A DNA stretch of 22,810 nucleotides, taken from the IMG/VR virus record IMGVR_UViG_3300005573_000079, one strand, 5' to 3'. Below, piece by piece: positions 13,201-19,103 of this stretch. The first letter of the stretch is position 1. Every line of letters begins with the position of its first letter. Below the pieces are notes generated by a model that searched no databases, was not told where the DNA came from, and worked only from the letters and a program-made list of their open reading frames with translations. This stretch comes from an uncultured virus (IMG/VR IMGVR_UViG_3300005573_000079) (taxonomy: Duplodnaviria > Heunggongvirae > Uroviricota > Caudoviricetes > Crassvirales). The position numbers and the translations under genes are program-made.

Positions 13201-14225
13201 TCATACTGAATAATGCACGCAGTAGAGTGCTCATGCCTACTATAGTTCCTGGAAAGAGAAGACCTGCTGGGTTTGTTAATACATACATGCATCCCTATGC
13301 TAAGGAGAAAGTGCTGAAAAAGGAATTTCTTGCTAAATATGGTAAGTTAAGTGCTAAAGCTTTAAGTAATAAGATTAGAGAAGCTCTTGCTCGTGGAGAA
13401 AAGCCTTACTCAGCTAAATTTAATATCTATGATACTACTACAGGACAGAGAGTAGAAGGATTTAGAGGATTCTTTAATCCCAGCACCAGGATGTCTGTTG
13501 TTGACTATAGGAGAGGAGTGCTTGAATATTCTCAAAAACCAACTGAAAATATGGTTAAGGAAGAATCTCCTGTAGACAAGATATTAACAGAAGATGCACA
13601 ATCTACTGTAGCAACAGATAATCGTGCTTTTGTAATATATACAGTTCCTTCTACACAGTATAAGGATAGAACAAGAGTTAATGTAGCTAAGACAGACATT
13701 ACTCTGAGATTTGCTGTAGACTTTACAACTGCTGGTGAAAAAGCTACTCTTAATGCTATTAGAGAGTTCAGGAAAAAGTATGCTGATATAAATCTATTAG
13801 ATAACAAACTTACTGTTACTAAAGAAGATATATCAAGAGTAGCTAATGAAATACGCAGGTTAGGTAAGCCCGAAGTAACTATTAATATTGCCGGTAATAG
13901 TCATGATACATTAAGTGCTAAGAATATATCACAAGCTGCAATAGATAAGTATATGGAAGAATTTATTTACAGGTTAAGAAATGAACTTGGCACTGAAGTA
14001 ACTATTCAGGCTATATATAGTGGTGGACAAACTGGAGCAGATGAAGCTGGCACAAAGGCAGCCTTGAAAGCTCAGATTCCTGCACGTATATATGCTACAG
14101 AAGATTTGAGAACTAAAAAAGGTTCAGGTGTAGTAGCTTTCACAGATAGATTCAAGGATATTAAGATTGATGATGAGGATGAATCTAATGATAGTCAAGT
14201 ACCTTTCTGCATCATAGGATTATAA
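1236..14225 (+). CDS. Giant multidomain virion RNA polymerase polyprotein (~4329 aa): hydrophobic/coiled-coil N-terminus, zincin metallopeptidase, crAss-type two-barrel RNAP, C-terminal SLOG-like domain
   Basis: Uninterrupted 13-kb ORF. Motifs: TDG (9861), YRIPTQ (RIPTQ 11085-11099), NSDYDIDKM (DYDIDK 11202-11219) and HEAFH (6966-6980). Start placed at ATG 1236 (MRKFS), 7 nt after the upstream stop, rather than the overlapping ATG at 1209. Confidence 0.92.
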   Translation: MRKFSIDKNVLTENYANPTSITPEEAANQPLLSTPGQIGYTYEQLKRYIPGLVSPYDFQEQLGIYQPASSKVLNGIGKMGITTAATFSDAFIGTAVGLVNMVGGGSFTDNPYSRAVNDLLAKSEEWLPNYRTHAEENMNLLQKLGTANFWADTIIKNTGFALGMLGAALVGDELAFSRIFGASKLEGQIMRALGAYGDDAVKGIKALDGTILQSSDDVLKALYTNNLDLANLSNEVIKNTKMLKIKSGLQAVTSAAWGAQGEARFESINTRDETYNNLIKDELIKMQQQNPYRLITENDIPEERKQEFKKQAAAAGNIDFALNIPLLTAGELIQFGKVLGRGYKFEKRAFNLLQDKVALDETGKMVIQAPKGFWQKAARTALVTGKVLERPYFEGQEEQLQFAIQKGSEDYIARRNDPNTQGWLTDGFKATVEGLSKAYGTQEGWENFLAGFITSMIPMPTFGAKGAPKFMSPMIESIKELKEGRAAVQAAVNSFNKMYKTYEPLIKGITAIRSYEQDKSKALENDDVFSYESANSMQLTELVVALHELGRIDILKDKIAQVRELSGDDIVKMLTITKDAQGNPLPQEKWINPYENTDPDEVKQIYNQRLDKLQAQIDTIAKIKEGVETQFGKYTSAEGRVMLIHDLAYADDLDNRIKNMSADLQKLGVVDSEKLAALLEERAKLGLDIADATTRADISKLDELNKKIIDGIVAFEGENARPELEAMAKANPRSLIKRARASIQEESTRRAGLGLIHTSILEKTNTRREEILKEKAALNENKEIAEEERTAKNAELDKQLEIYDKVLKTTQDRLSELLGNNYDWIADELKALEEESARYTKAKEELDALVKQQDALAEKIAEVQTNKLATLGPVYGLSKEEYINRLVALHDAQEQLNANVAARMKEAPHLSEDIFKLVTDISRAQNAKLAALNNYMNNVKAIHDNPEAFQKRLDKLFDHLGNRAIESRIATLKEATDLANGRMAFVDNTSKEVLVAEKTGDKAYTLYGHNASSGEFSINKGTYDIDKDFIEKYTPLYELQVKKVTDDNRLNPEDVNGTSDAGSLSDIAPITSTRKYNRVSFRIPYFRPGVLFVTTDAYYLREQTDKGDGIPATAADVKKAIDSASTPQQKANIRYDYFNSRNNVLSGRFKVKVRELTAEQVGAPGTFEGVGKFAFIVDIDGDYVDMDGKKIPESEALENGIYTSIRLPQHSIETVSVEHPEDSSKAIDMYVIVDKNNRQLTLPIADKKALQEEINNYERFYNKIKDGDILPITAKFQGKEVGGENRPTGEVLSNMSEATHKVTVVTKGFVEAGNTRYTAPNGFVFVVDENNNVIQLQPRTLTEDEVNSILEIAEYIAEEGIDDAGNLIASKLEGDSEAESTATTQKSPEEAELEAAMSEAVKKIPHGTKAKVPLFEAIASLVYTPTRSNLSDAAYNKMRSEMSNMISSYSDKYNNSKTDEEKQAVVLEVRSKLTEIIDRFVPRTNNEDRIYFVGALSDESLPLGLSNLVNIGGNFYELRDADGKLNEDTRKALKEALANRMMQISTTLVNSHKPINILQSAKRDMANHTITLKTKEEKDRFEFVKKNTTTDAIVGSTEIPTRLGQSLRIGDSSAYEQKRPSSDEEDLGEGTPLDSILGGEKAQEQATPKGKASTRGKKVNYTKGPRGKRYYFEPIKKGNKIIGYRRRVASTKEEIALANKQAKQNFVQVKDSKGRIRKVNGSILFQLDTGTTKSTQQGTTTKSTEGKSNLEALREAMGIKKDVKIKPPKPTGRAKELLEAFEKVELVDDGTIEGGVKGAEEALKKLASAQEQQSQGTPEQKPTESKETPKTPPRVDTNKLPEEEAPFRLASELSEYEKEDIEKARAWVQSKFGNSIAFEVVDRLVNGKAWGMFYDACIFLYKHAEVGTAYHEAFHAVKRMYLSDREWKDIVNEFRARPENKGKAFTDSQIEEALAEEFRNYVLSDGKLEVRSPKKHSFFSRLLDLIKRLFGMDKSSIKELYDRILSGYYKDMRPIRSDVAKLKSQNVTPGDIYSSKPAYREVQSTKYSASMEGALLEGMAYHFSAALFTSSKEADVIQKLFSKVGVSGEVVEDAMTYCKDALTKTRDNLIRIAQQITDAAEREGFLERAKVIDEYLNNWNYTIERFSLYLKRFGISLNIRERAAEEAAIDTEMNEDAASENETNVENVDRELEDSGKSTDYIYKSLTVSSKKTASRAVKMLIATLAEVSEKGAIIRNELGLPKLIGYGRAFNIMSNVLANTTNVRSFLDKLNILSNRPGFTWVKYFINRIKAQHIVEAGNQDISIRQLSTFFAAAQTFCKYKHTGNIILVDEAGKDTIVNANRLSSERRVLIEWMARASKDAASKDNKFLVIDNGVIKYNAKALLSEYSHGKFNADDALSFLNDIGVYLSDMPEDREVREAIIKKAQSIYEAVVKYMDDKGLSAEAHIYADVNKGDNSIQSIIRAEMSLLGGIDDIENSYRDVNGRNIYAINLYGYTTFMLEDIKSIVAEARKENKSAEEIRGLLIQKYPQLGEEYAKHSLLLDKLINGENIEMHLVSGLNPGEYTDTVPATKMKEPDRVRLEFNNHKKGVYSMSQPADNSVKRVFTFGQFFTKEEVRTNKHINAFVWYLRDEIALRAAHSKAGENYTKVKNNLYRGVMIDLVRKHLATDEQRAQFDKELKEAIDNGSKEAINSMLVGMIDSITQSIAAGIKAESDAMTKLLLHNNLVQSDDSTGTTLYSSSALDFDSTKALTKDELDAEVMHYTVNQMMSKMEQMKLFLGDMLYSKDLLEKYKRNNAAISPKKICFAETKDSPVERVTQAIVQGADNGHLLYDERTGRKILRTLVVEDPVVKSDLYDAYAEVIDDPKPYKEITETDGFCFITMDEWRRMLLRAGDWTEAHELLYHYEMQQYLGNLVKQGKFAKDDFYRLFGHNEYGKVYYAGKEVKAKDIKLKVNSLKAQYYGPIVGGGSAMTMYKASFFPMLPSAFMDKSGKITRTSMAKVYYAAILNGIGIVGFQSANKGLTSIANPNNKLYTGDRQLNIAFDKPEELADNMSFQDTYYEHWGIQQDTGFDRHNENVLGTQMMKIIRSYIYSEGKPVNEKQARRLRELDELNTRRLQYGVKNLVSTLGLTYDSQRDVYIIDAESLDSIKTRLINIAAARDVPENIIEAINNLSPSYGAELIVDRKTMEKLLTSIAKNMTISRKVRGSAPYQVPSTLFEPDEFVKTKTKEGNKEYLTSNFLKTYKNENGAITKMQVYLPSYLEGVINPKNVDASLLQLIGYRIPTQALASIEAIEVAGFLPAHYGDVIVLPTEVVAKTNSDYDIDKMNLIIPRYYTVNKRLADGRIVTEHHVIKGTKTAYDSYVADVETHNIVSENKQAIMSFDEWMEQSIENDMINTISSILTDPSNFKHLVEPVGPGNLSKLRGDLDLLTQGVFRENFTTDEEYEAARKQALQRESSYGFDSFISPTFNIRFEEEAIEGKESIGIVALALTFKIISAEHEVSVAPQIEVSNPYTRETRTVATYIRLPHNTNEKGEISLSKQTDIKGESINNTLSKYASLTVDNIKTMDLKRLDVTTATLPVIEYLVMAGVPVETIHLFLKQPAIQRFLQLQEYYESATAVSQDDDANVNMIHGMVEEEFAVENMNAYDVPSTVDAKTLEDAIKKFILNKGNLSAEARAFQIAMLRDYRHYMSVAKGLSSAVQAVQYDTQSVGSSIGRIIYMLTLKDRALEQGIIQGFDKILGYAGEHSFVKPYRETLEEVLKIYHPYFIQLYNESFYESLTDLAHKLTSSGTYYSKDEVIRILDNYASEFITYLLMTREVSINGTKINKPVSEMTDALFTGEDAVGARIARIKDIIRRGDMGEQFDNAEEYALYNNYSGNAFVRSISAIYDSETNMWGVVSFNNKLEAIESDDITKGWQELFDAGDPLATELVLLAIHQTGIKDVPGSLIKFMPANIYADMISSVLRTADVTVDHSEIQSFQNQFILNNARSRVLMPTIVPGKRRPAGFVNTYMHPYAKEKVLKKEFLAKYGKLSAKALSNKIREALARGEKPYSAKFNIYDTTTGQRVEGFRGFFNPSTRMSVVDYRRGVLEYSQKPTENMVKEESPVDKILTEDAQSTVATDNRAFVIYTVPSTQYKDRTRVNVAKTDITLRFAVDFTTAGEKATLNAIREFRKKYADINLLDNKLTVTKEDISRVANEIRRLGKPEVTINIAGNSHDTLSAKNISQAAIDKYMEEFIYRLRNELGTEVTIQAIYSGGQTGADEAGTKAALKAQIPARIYATEDLRTKKGSGVVAFTDRFKDIKIDDEDESNDSQVPFCIIGL
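6800..7270 (+). other. Zincin-like metallopeptidase domain within the RNAP polyprotein
   Basis: AWGMF...TAYHEAFHAV (HExxH at 6966-6980), a downstream EEALAEEF helix (7086-7109) supplying the third ligand, then the amphipathic FFSRLLDLIKRLFG helix typical of phage polyvalent-protein metallopeptidases. Boundaries are approximate. Confidence 0.85.
9840..11250 (+). other. Catalytic double-psi beta-barrel region of the crAss-type RNA polymerase
   Basis: ETDGFCFIT...GDW, LGTQMMK, LIGYRIPTQALASIEAIEVAGFLP...GDVIVLP...NSDYDIDKM. The Mg-binding DxDxD motif matches the DFDID-type signature of crAss-like RNAPs. Boundaries are approximate. Confidence 0.9.
13620..14150 (+). other. SLOG-superfamily (cpYpsA / putative molybdenum carrier-like) domain at the RNAP C-terminus, motifs in permuted order
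   Basis: YKDRTRVNVAKTDITL (RT at 13668), TAGEKAT, INIAGNS (NIAGN at 13884) and IYSGGQTGADEAGTKAA (SGGQTGAD 14019-14042) are the hallmark motifs of the family. Confidence 0.8.
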
Positions 14226-14250
14226 TATGTGATGGTAACATATAAAGTTT

Positions 14251-14258
14251 TATCTTTG
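14251..14258 (+). promoter_or_regulatory. Putative Bacteroidota primary-sigma promoter -7 element (TAnnTTTG)
   Basis: TATCTTTG in the 51-nt intergenic gap, 18 nt upstream of ATG 14277. No convincing TTTG -33 element was seen. Confidence 0.55.
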
Positions 14259-14276
14259 TAATATAAACTCATTCAT

Positions 14277-17200
14277 ATGGCAACAAGCTGTCAATTTAGA
14301 GGTAGTGAAGCATCAACTAAAGCATGGTTCAGGACAAGAGGCTTGATAGATAAGTATTTAAACATTCTTGACCTTCCGGGGTTTAGAAGAGAAAATACTA
14401 AGTGGAGTAACTATGCCAAGACTAAGTTTAATATAGAAGGCAGACTTTTCTACGAGGAGAACAATGGCACCAAGGCTGTACCTAATAAGGAAATGTTTGA
14501 GAAGATAGACAGAGCTAAGAAAGATAATGGTACATATTACAACATACAAAGCACAGTACAGGAGCCTGTAGTTGTTGCCAAGTCCTCAGATATAGAAAAG
14601 CAGATGACAGACTTACTCAAAGCTCTTGGTATATCTACTGAAGTTGTTGATAACATCACTGATGCAGCTGGTAATAAGATACATGCACTCGCTAAGATTG
14701 ATATTTTCAAGCAAGTGCTTCAGGTTGTTCATGGAGAAATAAGCCCTCAGGTTATCTCTGAAGAAGCTGCTCATGTGTTCTTTAAGTTATTACCAGAGAA
14801 TCATCCTCTGCGTAAAAGTGCTATGGAGAGAGTTACTCAAACTCAGATGTATGCACAGATTAAGCAGCAATATGCTGAGGCATATAATCATGATGAGCAG
14901 AAGATAAGAGAAGAAGCTATAGGGCATCTTATTGCTCAGGAAGTAGTTAAGCTGTATAACAAGACAGTTGAAACTGCATCTACAAAATCCTGGATACAGA
15001 AGTTATTTGAAGCTATAACTTCATTTCTTAAAAATAGGTTTGCTCACTTGCCATCATCATCCTTTGATGATATTATGGCTCCATACAAAGAAATAGCTCG
15101 TAAGATGGTTAATAAGGATATAGACGAGCTAAGAACTATTGATGAAGTAAAAGGACAGTATAGTCATCCTGATGAGTTTTACTTCTATAATCTAAGTCCA
15201 GAGGTAAAAAAACACCGGGAGGCTTTAATTACAGCTATTAAGAATCCACCCGTTACTATACGTTCAAGACGTGATGAAAATGGTAAGGTCATTGAAGAGT
15301 ATGTTAAGACTGATGGCACAGTAGTAAAGCACAGGGTTACTGACTATGTTAAAGCAATGTACAGGCGTGTATTTGGTGATGAGCCTGCTACACTCGAAAC
15401 AAGAATACAAGCTGCCAGAGGTACATATATTCATGCTATCAAGCAGATAACTATGCAAATGCTCATAGAGGGCAGGACAATAGCACCTAACAACAGGACT
15501 GTACTTAATGAAATAGCTGAGAAGGCAAGATTACAGGCACTTGAGAAAGGTGATGTGGCTGATATAGCAAGTAAGGTTGGTGATGCACTATTTGAGCTGG
15601 GTAATGATAAGGCAACACACTATTCATCTCTGGGTGTTCTTGTTGAATCTACTAAGCAAATATATAGTACAATACAGAGAAATCAAGAGAGGATAAATAA
15701 ATTAACAGGAGATAAGGAAGGCAAGGCAACTATTATTCCTGAAGCTGTAGTATATGATGAAGCGAAGGACCTTGCAGGTACAATAGACTTGCTTGTAGTA
15801 TATAGTAATGGTGTGATAGGAAGGTATGAATACAAGACAATAGATTTTACAGGTAAAGGATATATCTCTGACCTTAAGGTAAGAGGTTATGAGATACAGA
15901 CATCCTGGTATTCACGTATACTTGTTGAAGCATATGGAGCTACAGACTTTGCAGAATCTGTAGTTATACCTACTGGTGTATGGAATATTCGTGGTACTAA
16001 TAGAGTACTTCGAGTAAGTGAAGTTCTTAGTGAGGCAGAAGCTAAGGATAAGCCATACCTTGAGCATATACCTATTAAGAGCTTCACTATGGATGAAGAT
16101 GTGAATGAAAGTTTAAAGAAGCTATATGCTCAGCAAGATTTACTTCAGGCTAAGTTAAAAGTAGACCCCTATGGTCCACAAGCTGATACTATCAAGGTCA
16201 AACTGCGCAAGATAGAAGATGCTATTAAGAAGATAGCTCTGTACAATGACTTCAACTATATTGTCACTATGGTCAATGATATATCTAAAGACTATAGTAC
16301 AAGAAGAAAACTTGGTAAAGGTTCACCCAGAGCTATTGACGAGGAATACCTTAATGATGTACTCACTGAGTTGAATGTATATAAAGATATTTTATCTAAT
16401 GTGCTTTACAGGTCTAAGTCTATCAAGCTCACAGCAGCTGAAGAATCTAAGATGAATGAAGCTATAGGGCAGATAGAAGGACTACTTTATGCTGTTAATG
16501 GTAGTATGATTGACCTGGTTAATGCTTCTACACGTGAAGGAGGGGATATAAGAAGACCTGGTAAAGCTATTAGTGCTCTTGGTAGAATATTTAAGAGCCT
16601 TAGTGAAATAGACCATCCTGCTTTCAAAAAGCTTAATGAGATTATGCGTAATGTATCTACACAGGCATTTAATGATACACAGAAGGTAGTAGAAGAAATT
16701 ACAAAGAAGAGAGAAGCTCTTAAGCAATGGGCTGAAGCTAATGGCATGTCTCTTATGGATGCTTACAGAAAGTTAATAACAATAAGGACACTTCCTGATG
16801 GTACCAGGGAAAAGCAGCTTATTACAAAGTATAGTGCTAAGTACTGGCAAGACCTGGCTAAGGCACGTAGAGAAAAGAGACTACAGTGGATGCTTGCTAA
16901 TACCAAGTTAGAGACACGTAATGGTAGAATTTATTATAATGAAGCTACAGAGAAAGTATTTAAGGATAAGAGACAGAAGTATATTGAAATGCTTGAATCC
17001 AGATATCCTGGTGAATCTGGCGCACAGACAAGAAAGTTATTACTGGATAAGTGGGATGCCAAGTACAATGTGACAACACATCCAGATACAGCTGTATTCA
17101 ATCCTAAGAACTGGCTTATCAACCCTAAAGAATCTGAAGAGTACTTATCAGATGAGTGGAAGTATATAAGAAGCAACCAGCCTCTTATGGATTTCTATAA

Positions 17201-19103
17201 TATGCTTGTTAAGTATAACAGGCAGTTTGCTGCAATGACATCAAGAGATATAAGCATTACCTTTATACCTAATGTTGTTAATGATATGATTAGCAGGATT
17301 GGGCAGAATGGTATTGCATCGTTAGGTTCTATGAAGATGAACATACTTGATTCTCTTGCAGTACAGCAGACAGATACTATTCGTGGTAATATTGACCCAG
17401 ATACAGGTAAGCCTATTGCAGCTATACCACTGCTATACACTACTAATATAGACCCTGATAGTAAGAGTGATGACCTTGCTACTAATCTTATACTCTTTGC
17501 TAAAAGTGCATACTCTTATAAGTATCTTTCTGAGACAGAAAACCTGGTGAAGAGCATAAGAGCTATTATCTCAGGGCCAAGATATGCAACTAATGTAGTA
17601 GATAATCAAGGTAGACCATTAAGAAATGAATCTGGTAAGTTACTTGAGATGAGTGGTATGCCTGCTGATGACCTTGCTTTATTTGATAAGTTTGTAAATG
17701 CTCTATGGTATGGACAGAATATACAGGGGGACTTTACAGCTAATGTACTTGGTAAGGAAATATCTCTTGCTAAGACTATTGGGTTCTTGCAGAAGTTTAT
17801 AACCTTTAAAGCACTTGGTCTGAACATATTTAACTCTCTGGGTAATGACCTTGGTGAAGTAGGTAATGCCTGGATGTTAGCTTCTGAAGGAAGGTACTTC
17901 AATAAGGGTGATATTAAGTCTGCTATTAAAGATATGACTGAAGGTAATGCTGACTTTGTTGAAGCAGCTGAGAGGATATTCAATCCCCATACTCATAATG
18001 TGATTGGTGAGCAGGTTAATAAGATAGCTGCTACATCTATTGAAAGAGCCTTAACAATGGATAATGCTCTTATACTTATGAAAGAGCCCGGTAAGATACT
18101 TAATAGAGTTGTGATGATGGCAATGCTTAACCATTATGGGGTAGATGCTGATGGTAATATTGACAGGCTTGATAAAATAAGAAAGACTAATCCTAATGCA
18201 CAGTCATTAAGGGCTATGTTAATACGTGATGCTGATGGAAATATAACTCTTAAGGGTGTTAGTGAAGCAGAGATTATGAGGTTTAGGCATAGAATACAGA
18301 AAGTAATCAATTATACACGGGGTGAAACTGCTGAGCATGACATTAGAGCTATCAACACAACCATAGCTGGTAGGTTACTTATGCACTTCAAGAACTGGAT
18401 TCCTGGACTTTATATGTCCAGATTTGGAGATTTGAGGTTTGATGAGACACTGAATGATTTTGATGCGGGTAGGATGAATATAACCTATCATCAGATAATA
18501 GATGGGGGATTAAAGAATGCTGTAGCAGAGGTAAAAAATTTATTGGGGGAGGTAATTACGGGAGGATACCTTTTTGGAGGTATTAACAAGATGAATATGG
18601 CAATTGCCGAAGCAAATTACAGGAAGTACATGGCTGAGCATCCAGAGTTAAGTAGGGAATCATTTACTCTTGAAGATTATAAGGAACTTGTAAGGTCTAA
18701 ACTTAAGGGTGCTGTCACAGAGCTAAGGATGATACTGGCATTTATTGCTCTTGTGCTTGGTGCTAAAGCTGCTATACCTGACGATGAAGAAGATGAACTG
18801 CTAAGTAGTCTATCAAGAAGCAGCTATTTACTTGCTAACAGAACATCTCTTGAGTTCTTATTCTTCTATTCACCTAAGGCTATGAGTCAGCTTATAACCA
18901 GTCCCTTTACTATGTATGGTCTTGTTACAGATGTTGGCAATATGGCCTCTAACTTTGTATCAGAGACATATAAGGCTCTTACAGGTACAGAAGACCCTGC
19001 AGATAGGTCACCCTTTGGGTACTATTTTGTAACAAGGTTTATACCTGGTGGTAGTTCTGTAACCAAAGCTCTTGACATCTATAACTCATTCAGAACTAAA
19101 TAA
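14277..19103 (+). CDS. Large virion cargo / RNAP-associated protein (1608 aa) with a degenerate zincin domain, a PD-(D/E)xK nuclease domain and a helical C-terminal region
   Basis: EEAAH (14760-14774) plus EEAIG (14910). RGTYIH...E...AGTIDLL...YEYKT...YEIQTSWY. C-terminal GRLLMHFKNWIPGLYMSRF (18369) and hydrophobic MILAFIALVLGAKAAI (18729-18776). Position directly after the RNAP gene as in crAss-like phages. Confidence 0.85.
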   Translation: MATSCQFRGSEASTKAWFRTRGLIDKYLNILDLPGFRRENTKWSNYAKTKFNIEGRLFYEENNGTKAVPNKEMFEKIDRAKKDNGTYYNIQSTVQEPVVVAKSSDIEKQMTDLLKALGISTEVVDNITDAAGNKIHALAKIDIFKQVLQVVHGEISPQVISEEAAHVFFKLLPENHPLRKSAMERVTQTQMYAQIKQQYAEAYNHDEQKIREEAIGHLIAQEVVKLYNKTVETASTKSWIQKLFEAITSFLKNRFAHLPSSSFDDIMAPYKEIARKMVNKDIDELRTIDEVKGQYSHPDEFYFYNLSPEVKKHREALITAIKNPPVTIRSRRDENGKVIEEYVKTDGTVVKHRVTDYVKAMYRRVFGDEPATLETRIQAARGTYIHAIKQITMQMLIEGRTIAPNNRTVLNEIAEKARLQALEKGDVADIASKVGDALFELGNDKATHYSSLGVLVESTKQIYSTIQRNQERINKLTGDKEGKATIIPEAVVYDEAKDLAGTIDLLVVYSNGVIGRYEYKTIDFTGKGYISDLKVRGYEIQTSWYSRILVEAYGATDFAESVVIPTGVWNIRGTNRVLRVSEVLSEAEAKDKPYLEHIPIKSFTMDEDVNESLKKLYAQQDLLQAKLKVDPYGPQADTIKVKLRKIEDAIKKIALYNDFNYIVTMVNDISKDYSTRRKLGKGSPRAIDEEYLNDVLTELNVYKDILSNVLYRSKSIKLTAAEESKMNEAIGQIEGLLYAVNGSMIDLVNASTREGGDIRRPGKAISALGRIFKSLSEIDHPAFKKLNEIMRNVSTQAFNDTQKVVEEITKKREALKQWAEANGMSLMDAYRKLITIRTLPDGTREKQLITKYSAKYWQDLAKARREKRLQWMLANTKLETRNGRIYYNEATEKVFKDKRQKYIEMLESRYPGESGAQTRKLLLDKWDAKYNVTTHPDTAVFNPKNWLINPKESEEYLSDEWKYIRSNQPLMDFYNMLVKYNRQFAAMTSRDISITFIPNVVNDMISRIGQNGIASLGSMKMNILDSLAVQQTDTIRGNIDPDTGKPIAAIPLLYTTNIDPDSKSDDLATNLILFAKSAYSYKYLSETENLVKSIRAIISGPRYATNVVDNQGRPLRNESGKLLEMSGMPADDLALFDKFVNALWYGQNIQGDFTANVLGKEISLAKTIGFLQKFITFKALGLNIFNSLGNDLGEVGNAWMLASEGRYFNKGDIKSAIKDMTEGNADFVEAAERIFNPHTHNVIGEQVNKIAATSIERALTMDNALILMKEPGKILNRVVMMAMLNHYGVDADGNIDRLDKIRKTNPNAQSLRAMLIRDADGNITLKGVSEAEIMRFRHRIQKVINYTRGETAEHDIRAINTTIAGRLLMHFKNWIPGLYMSRFGDLRFDETLNDFDAGRMNITYHQIIDGGLKNAVAEVKNLLGEVITGGYLFGGINKMNMAIAEANYRKYMAEHPELSRESFTLEDYKELVRSKLKGAVTELRMILAFIALVLGAKAAIPDDEEDELLSSLSRSSYLLANRTSLEFLFFYSPKAMSQLITSPFTMYGLVTDVGNMASNFVSETYKALTGTEDPADRSPFGYYFVTRFIPGGSSVTKALDIYNSFRTK
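15330..15990 (+). other. PD-(D/E)xK (RecB/Cas4-like) nuclease domain
   Basis: GTxxH (15420), GTID (15777-15788), ExK as EYKT (15828-15839) and QxxxY as QTSWY (15897-15911), in canonical order. Boundaries are approximate. Confidence 0.82.

Noticed and set aside
508..17983. Numerous short minus-strand ORFs and alternative-frame plus-strand ORFs inside the three large genes
   Set aside because: They are shadow ORFs: fully overlapping long coding frames, S/F/L/I-rich antisense composition, no motifs.
1236..19103. Self-splicing introns or inteins in the RNAP locus
   Set aside because: No frame interruptions, and no intein terminal (HN-C/S/T in a Hint context) or homing endonuclease motifs were recognised.
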